Source: an uncultured Candidatus Saccharibacteria bacterium (lineage in GTDB: Bacteria; Patescibacteriota; Minisyncoccia; UBA6257; 2-01-FULL-56-20). From it: a stretch of 64,000 nt of DNA. The DNA lies in assembly GCA_965231155.1 (NCBI GenBank), contig OZ246418.1:238850-302849 (forward strand). Direction: 5' to 3'. Of the stretch, positions 38,903 through 49,682 are shown one piece after another. Within the stretch, counting starts at the first letter, position 1. Every line of letters begins with the position of its first letter. A program made the translations under genes and the position numbers. The notes beneath the pieces are model-generated. The model was not told the DNA's origin and did not search any database. It worked only from the letters and a program-made list of their open reading frames with translations.

Positions 38903-39391
38903 ATGGAAAATCAACCAACTGTTTCTATTATTGCAGCAGTGAGTCAGAATGGAGTTATTGGCAAAGATGGTGGACTGCCCTGGAAGATTTCAGCGGACTT
39001 AAAAAGGTTTAAGGAGATCACTACCGGACACCCAGTGATTATGGGTCGCAAAACATTTGAGTCTATTGGTCGTCCCCTGCCAGGAAGAACCAATATTATT
39101 GTTACCCGAGATGGAAGCTATCAGGCCGAAGGATGTCTTGTTGTGACCTCTCTAGAAAAAGCTCTTCAAGAAGCAAAGCAAGCTGAATCCGAAGAGATTT
39201 TTATTATCGGTGGGGGAGAAATCTACACTCAGGCCTTGCCTCTTGCAGATACTTTATATCTGACGCTCATTAATGCTGAAGTGAAAGGAGATGCATTCTT
39301 CCCAGATTACTCGGAATTCAAAAATGTCGCCTTCTCTGAAGAGGGCGCTGAAGGTGAGTGGTCTTACGTTTTTCTTAAGCTCACAAGATAA
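38903..39391 (+). CDS. folA: Dihydrofolate reductase
   Basis: LPW, MGRKTFES, PLPGR, IGGGEIY. Confidence 0.97.
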   Translation: MENQPTVSIIAAVSQNGVIGKDGGLPWKISADLKRFKEITTGHPVIMGRKTFESIGRPLPGRTNIIVTRDGSYQAEGCLVVTSLEKALQEAKQAESEEIFIIGGGEIYTQALPLADTLYLTLINAEVKGDAFFPDYSEFKNVAFSEEGAEGEWSYVFLKLTR

Positions 39392-39398
39392 CCTTTTC

Positions 39399-39983
39399 CT
39401 AGCTTTTCTTTTTGCGAACCTCTTCGGTCAATTTTGACGCAAGTGGACTCATCTGTCCCGCATACTTGTTCCCCTTCTTGCTACGATACGGCACATCAAC
39501 TGGTGAAGACATTTCTTCAAAGGTAAAGGCGCAGATGCGCATGCCTGGATATAAGGCGACTGGCAGGGTTCCTAAGTTTCCCAATTCCATCGTTGGCCTC
39601 CCAGTCCAGCCAGGATCAAAAATTGAAGCGGTGCCGTGTACGATAATGCCTAGCCGACCCAAGGAGCTTCGTCCTTCAATCCGGCCCAAGATATCATCAG
39701 CTAAGTCCAAATTTTCAATAGTGGTAGCCAACGCAAAATCACCAGGCTGCATAATGAACGACTCTCCTTTCTTCACTACGATCTCTCTCATAATCTTCTC
39801 GGTGTCAATTGGACCATTCAGGTCAATAAAGGGATAGGTGGAGTGTTTAAACACTCGAAAGGAATGACCAAGGTGCAGATCAATAGAACATGAGCCTAAC
39901 TGTTTATTTAAATCAGGCTTTGGCTGGATGGCGATACGACCACTCTTGAGGGCTTTTTTAATATCTCGATCGGATAAAATCAT
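39399..39983 (-). CDS. dcd: dCTP deaminase
   Basis: MILSD, EGRSSLGRLG, DPGW. Confidence 0.95.
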   Translation of the reverse strand: MILSDRDIKKALKSGRIAIQPKPDLNKQLGSCSIDLHLGHSFRVFKHSTYPFIDLNGPIDTEKIMREIVVKKGESFIMQPGDFALATTIENLDLADDILGRIEGRSSLGRLGIIVHGTASIFDPGWTGRPTMELGNLGTLPVALYPGMRICAFTFEEMSSPVDVPYRSKKGNKYAGQMSPLASKLTEEVRKKKS

Positions 39984-39990
39984 GGGGAAA

Positions 39991-40809
39991 TTATATCACG
40001 TTATTTAGGACGTAAAAATTCTCATACAGCTTGGCCACGAGAATAGGCCCCGTGCCACCTGGGGTGGGCGTGTAGCTTACCTCTGATTCCCCAACTTCCT
40101 CTGCGTTGAAATCCCCGACCATCCTACCCTCGTAGTCACCATAGCCAAAGTCGACAACCACCGCCTTAGAACTCAAGTCTTTTGCCGAGAAAAGTCTGGC
40201 CGAACCTGTACCACTGATGATTAAATCAAAATCTTTGAGCTGAGTTTTCACATCGCCACTTGAGCGATGAAATGTCTCCAACTGCAGAACTTTATTTTCT
40301 AAAAAAAGACTAATTGGTTTTCCAACAAGAAGTCCAAGGCCGATCACCGCGACTCTGCTTTCAGCTAGATTTATTTTTAACTGACTGACAATTTCTTCGA
40401 CCACCGCCACGGCTGGTGGATGGATCTTATTCTCGCCATTCTGAAAAGCCTGAGAAGCTTCCTCTCCCAAGACATCAACATCTTTTTCAGGCGATACTAC
40501 ATTCAGAATATTCTGACGGTCAATATGCGCAGGCAGTGGCAACTGAATCAGAAGCCCGCCGCATTTTTCATCTGCAACAATTTTTTCAATCTCTGACTGT
40601 AATTCGCTTTCAGAAACTGTCTCTGGGAATTTGTGCAACTGGAAATCAACTCCCAACTCCTGACCAACCTTTTCTTTCTGCCGGATAAAACTGGCCGAGG
40701 AAGGATCATCACCAACCAAAATGGCCGCCAAAAACTTTTTGGGAACTGACTGTTTTTTTAACCGCTCAAGAATCTCCTTGGCGATTGCTCGGCCATCAAT
40801 AATCGACAT
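39991..40809 (-). CDS. folD: Methylene-THF dehydrogenase/cyclohydrolase
   Basis: IQLPLP, KDVD, TPGGTGP. Confidence 0.92.
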   Translation of the reverse strand: MSIIDGRAIAKEILERLKKQSVPKKFLAAILVGDDPSSASFIRQKEKVGQELGVDFQLHKFPETVSESELQSEIEKIVADEKCGGLLIQLPLPAHIDRQNILNVVSPEKDVDVLGEEASQAFQNGENKIHPPAVAVVEEIVSQLKINLAESRVAVIGLGLLVGKPISLFLENKVLQLETFHRSSGDVKTQLKDFDLIISGTGSARLFSAKDLSSKAVVVDFGYGDYEGRMVGDFNAEEVGESEVSYTPTPGGTGPILVAKLYENFYVLNNVI

Positions 40810-42072
40810 CTAAATATATTTTGCAGTCTTATACTTCAATGGAAACTTCTTACACAACCGAAGAACTTCCTTCTTCACATTCTTATTTTCTAAAAGCACT
40901 TCGGAAATAAGGGTGGCTACTATTTTCATCTCTTTTTCTTTCATCCCGCGAGAAGTGAGGGATGGAGAGCCGAGGCGGATGCCTGAAGGATCAACCGGCG
41001 AACGAGCGTCATACGGAATCGTATTTTTATTCACAATAATGCCATTCTTTTCTAAACGTTCACTGGCTTCTTTCCCGCTAATCCCCTTACTCATGACATC
41101 AACCAATAGAAGATGGGAGTCGGTTCCGTCTGAAACAATCCGCCAGCCACCCTTCTGCAATGCAGAGGCTAGCTCTTTAGCATTCTTAACCACCTGCTTC
41201 GCATACACCTTAAACGCTGGTTGCGATGCCTCGAACAAGGTTGTTGCCACTGCGGCAATCTGGTTGGCATGAGGACCACCCTGTAGTCCTGGAAACACTG
41301 CTTTATCAATAGCTTTCGCGATATCTACTCCAAGTTCTTCAGCAATTACAGATTTTCTCGAAGAGAAAATGAGTGCAGAACGAGGACCGCGCAAGGTTTT
41401 ATGAGTAGTCGTCGTCACCACATCGGCATAGGGGAAAGGACTTGGGTAGGCACCGCCAGCGATTAGTCCAGCGATATGCGACATATCAACCATCAGATAC
41501 GCTTTGACCTCATCAGCAATTTTTTTAAATTCTGCCCAGTCGATTTTCCGAGGATAGGCAGTGAACCCAGCGACAATAATCTTTGGCTTCTCAATTCTCG
41601 CCTGATCTAAAATGGCCTCGTAATCGAGTGCCTCACTCACCTTGTCTAGGGTGTACGGCACCGACTGCCAGGCCTTGGCGGTGATACTCACCTTATGTCC
41701 ATGTGTCAGATGTCCTCCCATATCCAGCTGTAAGCCCATAATCTTTTCTCCCAGTGGCACTAAGCCAAGATAAACCGCCAAGTTGGCCGGAGATCCAGAA
41801 TAAGCTTGGACATTCACCGCCCAGTTCTCGGGCGCGAGCTTAAACGCCTTCAGAGCACGTGCCTTCGTTAAATCTTCGATCTGATCGATATACTCATTGC
41901 CTCCGTAGTACCGATGGGCTGAGTAGCCTTCCGCGTATTTATTAGTCAGTGGTGAGCCGAGCGCCTTCAGCACATCCTCAGAAACAAAGTTTTCCGAAGG
42001 AATAAGGTTGATACTCTCATTCTGTCGCTGAATTTCTTTTTTCACGAGCGCAAACAGTTTTGTGTCTTTCAT
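40810..42072 (-). CDS. glyA: Serine hydroxymethyltransferase
   Basis: TNKYAEGY, GGHLTHG, TTTTHKTLRGPR. Confidence 0.98.
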   Translation of the reverse strand: MKDTKLFALVKKEIQRQNESINLIPSENFVSEDVLKALGSPLTNKYAEGYSAHRYYGGNEYIDQIEDLTKARALKAFKLAPENWAVNVQAYSGSPANLAVYLGLVPLGEKIMGLQLDMGGHLTHGHKVSITAKAWQSVPYTLDKVSEALDYEAILDQARIEKPKIIVAGFTAYPRKIDWAEFKKIADEVKAYLMVDMSHIAGLIAGGAYPSPFPYADVVTTTTHKTLRGPRSALIFSSRKSVIAEELGVDIAKAIDKAVFPGLQGGPHANQIAAVATTLFEASQPAFKVYAKQVVKNAKELASALQKGGWRIVSDGTDSHLLLVDVMSKGISGKEASERLEKNGIIVNKNTIPYDARSPVDPSGIRLGSPSLTSRGMKEKEMKIVATLISEVLLENKNVKKEVLRLCKKFPLKYKTAKYI

Positions 42073-42209
42073 TGGCGTAAATATGAATTAAAGATAGTGA
42101 TTGCTAACAGATTATTACCAATAAAAGTTTCCTAGATCATGGGATTGTTCTGCTTTCCACTATTATTAACCGCTTTTACCAAATCGGCAAATCAAGTCGA
42201 TATTCTCTA

Positions 42210-42815
42210 TCAACCAAGCAACAACTTCATCTTCCTCTCAAAATCATCAAATCCGGTATATCTTTCTGCAAATAAACCGAACGCTTCAGCGCCCGCGACA
42301 TTTCCCTCGTCGTCATCCCAAAACATAGTATCTTCTATTTTTTGATCGATGGCATCGAATATACTCTGAAAAAATTCAGATTCTGGTTTCTTAGCACCAA
42401 CAAATGCCGAAGAAAACACCCCGTCGAACCATTGGCCAAGCCCTCTTCTATTAATTAAATCTCCGGTGCGATACTTCTCGTTGTTAGTCGCGAGATATAC
42501 TTTTATATCAGCCTCTCTTATTTTTTCTATAAGAATTTTAAAACGTTGATCAATACGGTTGTGTTTCTCTTGAAACCAGAACTCAAGCAACTCGTCCGAA
42601 CTCCCCTCCCATCCCCAGATGGGAATTACTTTTTTGAGTTCGTCTTTGAGGTCGGCTTGGCCGATCACACACAGCGGAAATCTTGTCTTAAAAAATGGGG
42701 TAATCCGATCGAGGGGAATATGGAGCTTCTCGGCCAGTCGTTCGCTAAATCGCTCGCTCTCTACAATCATTCCATCAGCATCTAAAATGATAGCTTTCAG
42801 TTGTATATCTTTCAT
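42210..42815 (-). CDS. HAD-family hydrolase
   Basis: ILDADG, ATN, KKP, FWDD. Confidence 0.88.
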   Translation of the reverse strand: MKDIQLKAIILDADGMIVESERFSERLAEKLHIPLDRITPFFKTRFPLCVIGQADLKDELKKVIPIWGWEGSSDELLEFWFQEKHNRIDQRFKILIEKIREADIKVYLATNNEKYRTGDLINRRGLGQWFDGVFSSAFVGAKKPESEFFQSIFDAIDQKIEDTMFWDDDEGNVAGAEAFGLFAERYTGFDDFERKMKLLLG

Positions 42816-42911
42816 GAAATCTTTATAGGGGAAATTATACCATCAACGACTATTTTTTTGAGTGATGAGAATCAGTAAGGCGAATAAAAAATCCCCGATT
42901 GGTTCGAGGAA

Positions 42912-43502
42912 TTACTGTTTCTCTAAATGAGGGAGGTGATGTCGGATGGCCAGAATCACCTGGGAACGCTCGTCTGGACTAAGAAATATATCCTCTGAAT
43001 CTTCAGAGCGCCGACCGAAATATTTATCGACAAAGACCTTCCCAAGGAATTTCACGGGATAACGATACCGTGGTCTCAGATGACAGTGAGCGTAGGCTAT
43101 CGGAGGAGTTACCTCCAACCCATTATTCATCTGACACGAGAAGTTGATGACTTCGGAACCGAAGGCTTGTTTGGTGGCTTCGTCGAAAAGCCTCAGGGCC
43201 TTGAAGAAATCAAGTTGCTCTTCCGCGGTTAAATCCGAGGTGAGACTAGGACTCAACCGCTTCAACCTGAGAGTCGATCGACCAAGGAAATACTGCTTTG
43301 AACTCAAAAACACTCGCCAGTACTCTGTCTCGAAGATGAGATCATCACTTTTCAGAAGCTCGGTGGTGTTCTTCACCACATACGACAAAGCCACCGAAGG
43401 GAGGCTGGCCGTACTATGCTTCTCGAAAAAAAGAGGACCCCTCTCGACGAGAAGAAAGCCCAAAAACACGAAGGGTATCGCCTTAATAACACGACTCCTC
43501 AT
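42912..43502 (-). CDS. HIT-like protein with N-terminal hydrophobic segment
   Basis: QYFLGR, AHCHLRPRY. Confidence 0.75.
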   Translation of the reverse strand: MRSRVIKAIPFVFLGFLLVERGPLFFEKHSTASLPSVALSYVVKNTTELLKSDDLIFETEYWRVFLSSKQYFLGRSTLRLKRLSPSLTSDLTAEEQLDFFKALRLFDEATKQAFGSEVINFSCQMNNGLEVTPPIAYAHCHLRPRYRYPVKFLGKVFVDKYFGRRSEDSEDIFLSPDERSQVILAIRHHLPHLEKQ

Positions 43503-43576
43503 CTTGTCCTCCCAATTTGAACAGCTTTTTTTCTTATATCACAAAAGCTCCTGCCTTACCACGAGAGAAAATTGTC

Positions 43577-43651
43577 TGGGGTGCCTATCGGGATTCGAAC
43601 CCGAGATAACAGGACCACAACCTGTCGTGTTGCCACTACACCATAGGCACC
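43577..43651 (-). tRNA. tRNA-His(GTG)
   Basis: Cloverleaf, G-1:C73 8-bp acceptor, encoded CCA. Confidence 0.95.
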
Positions 43652-43745
43652 ATCTATAAGTACTTCCCCATTCTACTTACTTATTGAAAACTTTCAAATA
43701 TTCTAGCTTTTGACGGGAGGGTTGCTTTTCCGTAGAATGGCTACT

Positions 43746-45581
43746 ATGTCTAATCTCTTCAAGAACATCCTTGGTGCCATCGTCACCCTGATCCTCATCT
43801 CGGTGATCTTTTCAATGTTCCTCAGCCCAACGACGACCACTAAAAAGATCAGTCTCAATGAACTAGCTAAGGCGGTTTCGAGCGGTGAAGTGGTGAAAGT
43901 CTTGGTCAGTGGTGAAACCATGACCGCCACTTTCAAAGATGGCCACACGGCGACTGCCAAAAAAGAACTGGAATCAGGCGTCACAGAAACTTTAAAAAAC
44001 CTAGGAGTCGCCGACTCAGCACTCCAAGCAGTCAATATTAGCATCGAGGAAGAATCCGGCTGGCAGTTCTGGGCCAGCATCCTTATCCCAACACTCCTCC
44101 CTCTTATCGTTATTGGCATCATATTCTGGATTATGCTCCGACAGGCCAAAGGTGGCATGAATCAAGCATTCACTTTCGGCCGAGCTGGCATAAAACTCTC
44201 GATGCCCAAAGAGCGAGTGGTTTTCAACGATGTGGCTGGCCTCAAAGAAGCCAAAGAGGAGTTAGTAGAAATTGTTGATTTCTTAAAAAATCCAAAAAAG
44301 TTTTTAGATCTTGGCGCCCGCATCCCTCGAGGTGTTCTCTTGGTCGGTATGCCAGGAACCGGAAAAACCTTGCTGGCCCGCGCCGTTGCCGGAGAATCTA
44401 ATGTCCCCTTCTTTCATATCTCCGCTTCTGAATTTGTAGAAATGTTCGTCGGTGTTGGAGCAGCCAGAACTCGCGACGCTTTTGCCACTGCCAAAAAAGC
44501 CTCTCCTTCGATTCTTTTTATCGATGAAATCGACGCCGTCGGACGACAGCGTGGGGCCGGACTTGGTGGAGGCAATGACGAGCGCGAACAGACTCTGAAC
44601 CAAATCTTAGTGGAGATGGATGGTTTTGATCGCGAGACTCAGGTGATTGTTCTTGCAGCCACGAACCGCCCCGACGTACTCGACCCGGCGCTGATGCGTC
44701 CAGGACGTTTTGACCGGCGCGTGATTCTTGATATGCCCGATCGCAAAGACCGCGAAGCAATCCTCAAGATTCATGGACGCGACAAAGCGCTCGATCCAAA
44801 TATCAATTTAGAAAAAGTAGCCGCCCGCACTCCAGGCTTTGCCGGTGCAGATCTCGCGAACATTATGAACGAAGGCGCACTCCTGGCTGGCCGAAAAAAT
44901 CAAAAAACAATTCTCCAACAAGATCTCTTTGAAGCAATTGAAAAAGTTATTCTTGGACCAGAAAGAAAAAGCCGCGTGGTCTCAGATAAAGAAAAAGAAA
45001 TTACTGCCTACCACGAAGGAGGTCATGCCTTGGTGGCTGCCTCCCTGAAAGACGCCGACCCGGTACATAAAGTTTCTATTGTCAGTCGTGGTTTTGCCGG
45101 AGGCTACACCATGAAACTCCCCACCGAAGATCGCCATCTCAAAACTAAGCATCAGTTTTTGGCTGATATCGCCGTGGCGCTCGGTGGTTTTATTGCTGAG
45201 AAACAAACATTCGGCGACACCACCACTGGTCCTTCGAACGACCTGAAGCATGCTTCGGAGATGGCCCGCCAGTTAGTGACCAAATACGGCATGAGCAACC
45301 TTGGACCAATCACCTTTGGGAACTCTCAGGAGATGATCTTCTTAGGACGCGAACTGACTGCGGAGAAAAACTACTCTGAGAAAACAGCGGTTGATATTGA
45401 TGGAGAGATCCACAAGATCATCCAGCAGGCCTACGATGCAGCGCAGGATATCTTGAAAAAACACAAGAAAGCTCTCCAGGCGATTGCCGAAACTTTAATA
45501 GAAAAAGAAACTCTTGAGCAGGAAGAGTTCGACGAAGTACTGAAACCATTCAATATAAAACCGAGCGGCTTTTCGGCTTAA
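43746..45581 (+). CDS. ftsH: ATP-dependent zinc metalloprotease FtsH
   Basis: 2 [23 protein letters not shown]. Confidence 0.97.
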   Translation: MSNLFKNILGAIVTLILISVIFSMFLSPTTTTKKISLNELAKAVSSGEVVKVLVSGETMTATFKDGHTATAKKELESGVTETLKNLGVADSALQAVNISIEEESGWQFWASILIPTLLPLIVIGIIFWIMLRQAKGGMNQAFTFGRAGIKLSMPKERVVFNDVAGLKEAKEELVEIVDFLKNPKKFLDLGARIPRGVLLVGMPGTGKTLLARAVAGESNVPFFHISASEFVEMFVGVGAARTRDAFATAKKASPSILFIDEIDAVGRQRGAGLGGGNDEREQTLNQILVEMDGFDRETQVIVLAATNRPDVLDPALMRPGRFDRRVILDMPDRKDREAILKIHGRDKALDPNINLEKVAARTPGFAGADLANIMNEGALLAGRKNQKTILQQDLFEAIEKVILGPERKSRVVSDKEKEITAYHEGGHALVAASLKDADPVHKVSIVSRGFAGGYTMKLPTEDRHLKTKHQFLADIAVALGGFIAEKQTFGDTTTGPSNDLKHASEMARQLVTKYGMSNLGPITFGNSQEMIFLGRELTAEKNYSEKTAVDIDGEIHKIIQQAYDAAQDILKKHKKALQAIAETLIEKETLEQEEFDEVLKPFNIKPSGFSA

Positions 45582-45904
45582 TAAATATCGTCCTTTGTTG
45601 CGTCACAGGTGATCATCTCTCCTTTTTTAATATCGCGAGCTGCAACATCTCGTTGCTTTTTAAGATCCTGAAATGTGTTGGGGTTCTTTGAGTGATTTAC
45701 ATACCGTTCTGGCTCTCCGTATAAATAAATTCGCCCCCAATGTTCGTGAGTAAATTTTTTTTCACTTTCCAATAAAGCCTCATATTCTAAGGATGTTAAT
45801 GCTTTTAAATGATACTGAATAACGACTTCGCCCTTCTTAAAATCACACCCGGCATACACTCCTTTTCCTTGAATACTCCCAGTGCCGATAAATAAACTTT
45901 TCAT
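45578..45904 (-). CDS. SET domain protein
   Basis: GKGVYA, YVNHS..PN, RDIKKGEMIT. Confidence 0.85.
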   Translation of the reverse strand: MKSLFIGTGSIQGKGVYAGCDFKKGEVVIQYHLKALTSLEYEALLESEKKFTHEHWGRIYLYGEPERYVNHSKNPNTFQDLKKQRDVAARDIKKGEMITCDATKDDIY

Positions 45905-45911
45905 AATAGGG

Positions 45912-45983
45912 TGCGCCCGCTTGGAATCGAACCAAGGACCCACGTCTTATAAGGGCGTTGCTCTACCACTGAGCTACGGGCGC
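45912..45983 (-). tRNA. tRNA-Ile(TAT)
   Basis: Cloverleaf; anticodon loop CTTATAA; discriminator A. Confidence 0.9.
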
Positions 45984-46017
45984 AATATTCTTAGTGTACT
46001 ACGCAAAAATCAGAAAG

Positions 46018-46623
46018 CTACTTTCGCTGGCCGATGATAGCGTCAAAATTATTCATCGCTTTCTGTGCTTCCTGATCGAAATTATTAATAGCCACCACTT
46101 CACTATTTATCTGAGTAATCAACTTATTGATGGCCTGCGTCTGTCCATAAGAGACTCCCGAAAAACGAAGCTTTAAAGTCTCTAGAAGTTGCGCTAGAGA
46201 ATCACTATAACTGACCAAACGAGTGATCATGGCAAGGCGACTACTAATTGCCTGCAGCGCTTCGGTACGTGCCGAGTCGGAGGAAATAGAATCGAGAGAC
46301 TTTGTCATCGTTTCTAACTCACGCGAAAGGGCCAAAGCCTTCTCCTTGATTTCCTTGTTCTGAAGAATCAATTGGTCGGTCATCTCCAGGGCTTTTCCAT
46401 AACTTCCTGTCCGATCAAGCTTGTTTATCTCCTCTAACGAACTTGCTGATTTCTTTGAAAGATCGACAATCGACTGAGAGATCAACGCCCCTTGCATTCG
46501 TGCTTCTATAAAAGAAGAAGAAACCCCTCCAGAAACCGAAGCAAGATAGGTGAGTATACTTCCCCCCACCACCATCACGAAGAAAGCGATAATAATCTTT
46601 GTTCGATGCGATAGTTCGTTCAT
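46018..46623 (-). CDS. Membrane-anchored helical protein
   Basis: N-terminal TM, heptad-like pattern. Confidence 0.7.
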   Translation of the reverse strand: MNELSHRTKIIIAFFVMVVGGSILTYLASVSGGVSSSFIEARMQGALISQSIVDLSKKSASSLEEINKLDRTGSYGKALEMTDQLILQNKEIKEKALALSRELETMTKSLDSISSDSARTEALQAISSRLAMITRLVSYSDSLAQLLETLKLRFSGVSYGQTQAINKLITQINSEVVAINNFDQEAQKAMNNFDAIIGQRK

Positions 46624-46672
46624 TTGAATATCATTAGTTCTACCTAATTCACATTAAATAATCAAGGACTCA

Positions 46673-46887
46673 GAGTTTACCATGCTGGCCCTATCCCAAA
46701 GGCATAGCGGCCAGCATGGTAAACTCCTAGTTAAGGGCATACAGAGCAGACACACAATATCTTAAACCTCGACTGGCGGGCACCTAAGAAGGTATTGAAG
46801 CCGGAGGAAAAGTAGGCTACATTAAGTCTGTTCTCAGTAGAATGAACTTTATTAAGTAAGTCTCTAAAAGTTCGTTTCAGTGAGTAA
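46673..46887. ncRNA. Candidate structured RNA, copy 1
   Basis: 18-bp perfect stem plus further stems; homologous to 51004-51057. Confidence 0.5.
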
Positions 46888-46889
46888 AG

Positions 46890-46961
46890 GCGGGTATCGT
46901 ATAATGGTCATTACTTCAGTTTTCCAAACTGAAAACAGGGGTTCGATTCCCCTTACCCGCT
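46890..46961 (+). tRNA. tRNA-Gly(TCC)
   Basis: GCGGGTA acceptor, loop TTTCCAA, GGTTCGATTCC. Confidence 0.95.
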
Positions 46962-46999
46962 CCTATACGCATTCTATTTATTAACCCTTTTTTATTGCA

Positions 47000-47263
47000 A
47001 TGCCTAAAAAACAAAACCAGGAAGAACGGACTGAAGAATTCAAAGTCACCGGAGAAGAGGTTCTTATTAAAGTCAAAGAACTTATTAAAGAAGGGAAGTC
47101 GCGCCGAATCATTATCAAGAATGAGAAAGGTAAAACGATTATTGAGATTCCCTTAATAGTTGGTGCAGTTGGCACTTTCATCGCTCCGGTCTTGGCGGCA
47201 GTTGGTGCGATAGCTGCCGTACTCACCAAATGCACGATTGTGGTGGTTCGGAAAAACCCCTAA
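47000..47263 (+). CDS. DUF4342-like small protein
   Basis: VKELIKEG..RRIIIK, EIPL, CTIVV. Confidence 0.85.
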   Translation: MPKKQNQEERTEEFKVTGEEVLIKVKELIKEGKSRRIIIKNEKGKTIIEIPLIVGAVGTFIAPVLAAVGAIAAVLTKCTIVVVRKNP

Positions 47264-47266
47264 AAA

Positions 47267-48466
47267 CTACCCGAGCCTGTAAAGCTTGTGTTTGCCAATT
47301 TTGAGAGTGTCTCCTTTTTGAACTTTATATTTCAGATCTTTGACTATCTGATCGTTAATTTTTACTTGTCCTTGTTTTATTAGTTGTCCCGCTTCGCTGT
47401 TGCTTTTCGCTACTCCAATCTGAACTAATATCGGCACCGTACCACGAGATAGCACGTCTGGAGATATTACTACTGTTTCGTAATCAACGAGCATTGTCTC
47501 TCCCCTAGATTTTCTCCTGAAACTTTCCTCGGCTACTTTAGCCTTCTTTTCACCGCATACTTTTTTCACAATTTCGAAAGCCACTCGCGCCTTTGCCTCC
47601 TTAGGATTAAGACTAAGAATTTCTTTTTTTTGGACGAGGGGAATTCTTGTGCAGTTTATAAACAAAACCTCAGTCATCTCATCGGGTTGGTTCATGATCC
47701 CTTCGTATATTTTCTCTGGTGACGAAGAAAGAAATACTCCCGTTCCCCGACTCTTCGACATCAATTCGCCGGTCTTTGGATTCTCCATGAGATTCACGAC
47801 CAAGACAAACTTGTCTTTTCCTTTTAGTCGTTTGACGAGCGTTCTGCCTGCTAAGGCATTAAATGTTTGATCAGTGCCACACAATTCAACATCAACGTTT
47901 AAAGCAACACTGTCGTAACCTTGCATGACTGGATACAAGAATTCATGGAGGTAGATAGGAGTATTATTCTCCCAACGCTTGGTAAACATATCGCGCTCGA
48001 TCATCTGTTGCACAGTAAAGTTGCTCGCCAGGGAAAGTACATCAGAGAAAGAAAGCTTACTCAGCCACTTACTATTATAGACAATTCGTGGAGGATTTTT
48101 CTTGTCTTTGAAATTAAGAAGGGGCTTGATCTGAGCAATCCATCCTTTTACGTTCCCCTTAATTTGGGTTGCAGTCAGCTGTACTCGAGTAGCCTGACGA
48201 TCGGTGGGATCGCCAATCTGGGCAGTAAAATCACCAACTAGGATTATCACCTCGTGTCCAAGCTGTCGTAACTCTTCAAGGAGCATATAGTTCTTAGCAT
48301 GACTTAAATGCAAAGAATCTGATGTGGGATCAGCACCAATATATATCTTTAATCTCTTTCCCGAAGTCAAAACGGCGATAAACTCCTCTCTTCCAGGAAG
48401 GATATTTGTGACGACACCACGATCTAGTACTTCTTCAATTTTTTTTCTATCAGTAATGACTTTCAT
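47267..48466 (-). CDS. tyrS: Tyrosine--tRNA ligase
   Basis: GADPT..SLHLSH, YPVMQGYD, GTDQ, MSKS, C-terminal S4 domain. Confidence 0.96.
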   Translation of the reverse strand: MKVITDRKKIEEVLDRGVVTNILPGREEFIAVLTSGKRLKIYIGADPTSDSLHLSHAKNYMLLEELRQLGHEVIILVGDFTAQIGDPTDRQATRVQLTATQIKGNVKGWIAQIKPLLNFKDKKNPPRIVYNSKWLSKLSFSDVLSLASNFTVQQMIERDMFTKRWENNTPIYLHEFLYPVMQGYDSVALNVDVELCGTDQTFNALAGRTLVKRLKGKDKFVLVVNLMENPKTGELMSKSRGTGVFLSSSPEKIYEGIMNQPDEMTEVLFINCTRIPLVQKKEILSLNPKEAKARVAFEIVKKVCGEKKAKVAEESFRRKSRGETMLVDYETVVISPDVLSRGTVPILVQIGVAKSNSEAGQLIKQGQVKINDQIVKDLKYKVQKGDTLKIGKHKLYRLG

Positions 48467-48519
48467 GGGCTTATTCTAACTAAAAACGCCGCTCAGAGAA
48501 AGCGGCGTCTTCTATATTC

Positions 48520-49104
48520 CTACTTTCTTGGCTTCACAATCTCATCAATCAAGCCATACTCCTTAGCCTCCTCTGGGGTCATCCAGAAATCACGATCGGT
48601 GTCTTTCTCAATCTTTTCGAGTTTCTTGCCAGTATGTTTGGAGATAATCTCGTTCAGGCGATGCTTCACCCGCAAGATCTGCTTGGCGGCAATTTCAATT
48701 TCCACAGCCTGCCCCTCAGCACCACCCATAACTTGGTGAAGTAAAATTTCTGAGTTGGGTAAGGCGAGACGCTTCCCTTTTGCCCCAGCACCAAGAAGTA
48801 CTGCGCCCATCGAAGCGGCCATACCAACACAGATGGTAGATACATCTGGCTTGATGTGCTGAATGGTGTCGTAGATTGCCAAGCCAGCAGTCACCGATCC
48901 ACCTGGCGTATTCAGATACAACTGAATATCCTTCTTAGGATCTTCGTGCTGGAGGAACAAAAGCTGGGCGATGATAACGTTCGCAACCTGGTCGTTGACT
49001 GGTCCGCCTAGAAAAATAATTCTCTCTTTAAGAAGTCTGGAGTAGATATCATAGGCCCTCTCTCCAAACTGTACTTTTTCAATAACCGTTGGGATTAAGT
49101 TCAT
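48520..49104 (-). CDS. clpP: Clp protease proteolytic subunit
   Basis: [19 protein letters not shown]. Confidence 0.97.
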   Translation of the reverse strand: MNLIPTVIEKVQFGERAYDIYSRLLKERIIFLGGPVNDQVANVIIAQLLFLQHEDPKKDIQLYLNTPGGSVTAGLAIYDTIQHIKPDVSTICVGMAASMGAVLLGAGAKGKRLALPNSEILLHQVMGGAEGQAVEIEIAAKQILRVKHRLNEIISKHTGKKLEKIEKDTDRDFWMTPEEAKEYGLIDEIVKPRK

Positions 49105-49105
49105 A

Positions 49106-49645
49106 TTAGTCGTGTGTTGGTTTTTCTTGATACATTTTCTGAGCTCGTAGAATTTCTTCACGAGCCTTTTCAGCATTCTCCCAGTCCCCTAGCTCAACCT
49201 TCTTTCCTTGCAAATCTTTATACACCTTAAAGAAGTGTGCAATCTCCTTCAAAAGGTGTGGGTTGGATGACTCGATATCCTTAATGTCTTTGACTGCATC
49301 CAATCGTGGATTGTCTTTCTGAACTGCCAGAATTTTGAAATCCTCCTCTCCCCCATCAATCATTTTGAGTAGTCCGATTGGTCGAGCCGCCACCACGCAG
49401 CCAACAAAAACTGGTTCGCCACCAATAATCATAATGTCTAAGTGATCACCATCCTCGGATCGGGTTTCTGGAATAAATCCATAATCAAGCGGATAAAACA
49501 CTGGTGAGTACAAAACTCGATCAAGCTTAATGATTCCCAACTCTTCATCAAATTCATATTTATTGTGACTGCCCTTGGGAATCTCAACAACCGCGTTCAC
49601 TACTTCTGGATATTTTTTGCCAATCGGTACGTTGTGTAATGACAT
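49106..49645 (-). CDS. ppa: Inorganic pyrophosphatase
   Basis: EIPKGS.NKYE, YGFIP, DGDHLD. Confidence 0.96.
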   Translation of the reverse strand: MSLHNVPIGKKYPEVVNAVVEIPKGSHNKYEFDEELGIIKLDRVLYSPVFYPLDYGFIPETRSEDGDHLDIMIIGGEPVFVGCVVAARPIGLLKMIDGGEEDFKILAVQKDNPRLDAVKDIKDIESSNPHLLKEIAHFFKVYKDLQGKKVELGDWENAEKAREEILRAQKMYQEKPTHD

Positions 49646-49682
49646 ATTTTTTATTAAAAAAATAATTATTTTTTTCTACAGA

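Noticed and set aside
42073-42170. ZTP/THF/glycine riboswitch upstream of glyA-folD
   Set aside because: Only a weak interrupted stem, partly overlapping the likely -10 box; no recognisable consensus.
46709-46815. HDV-like ribozyme or RNase P RNA
   Set aside because: Only short word matches (GGCCAGCATGGT, GGAGGAAAAGT); the required pseudoknots could not be built by eye.
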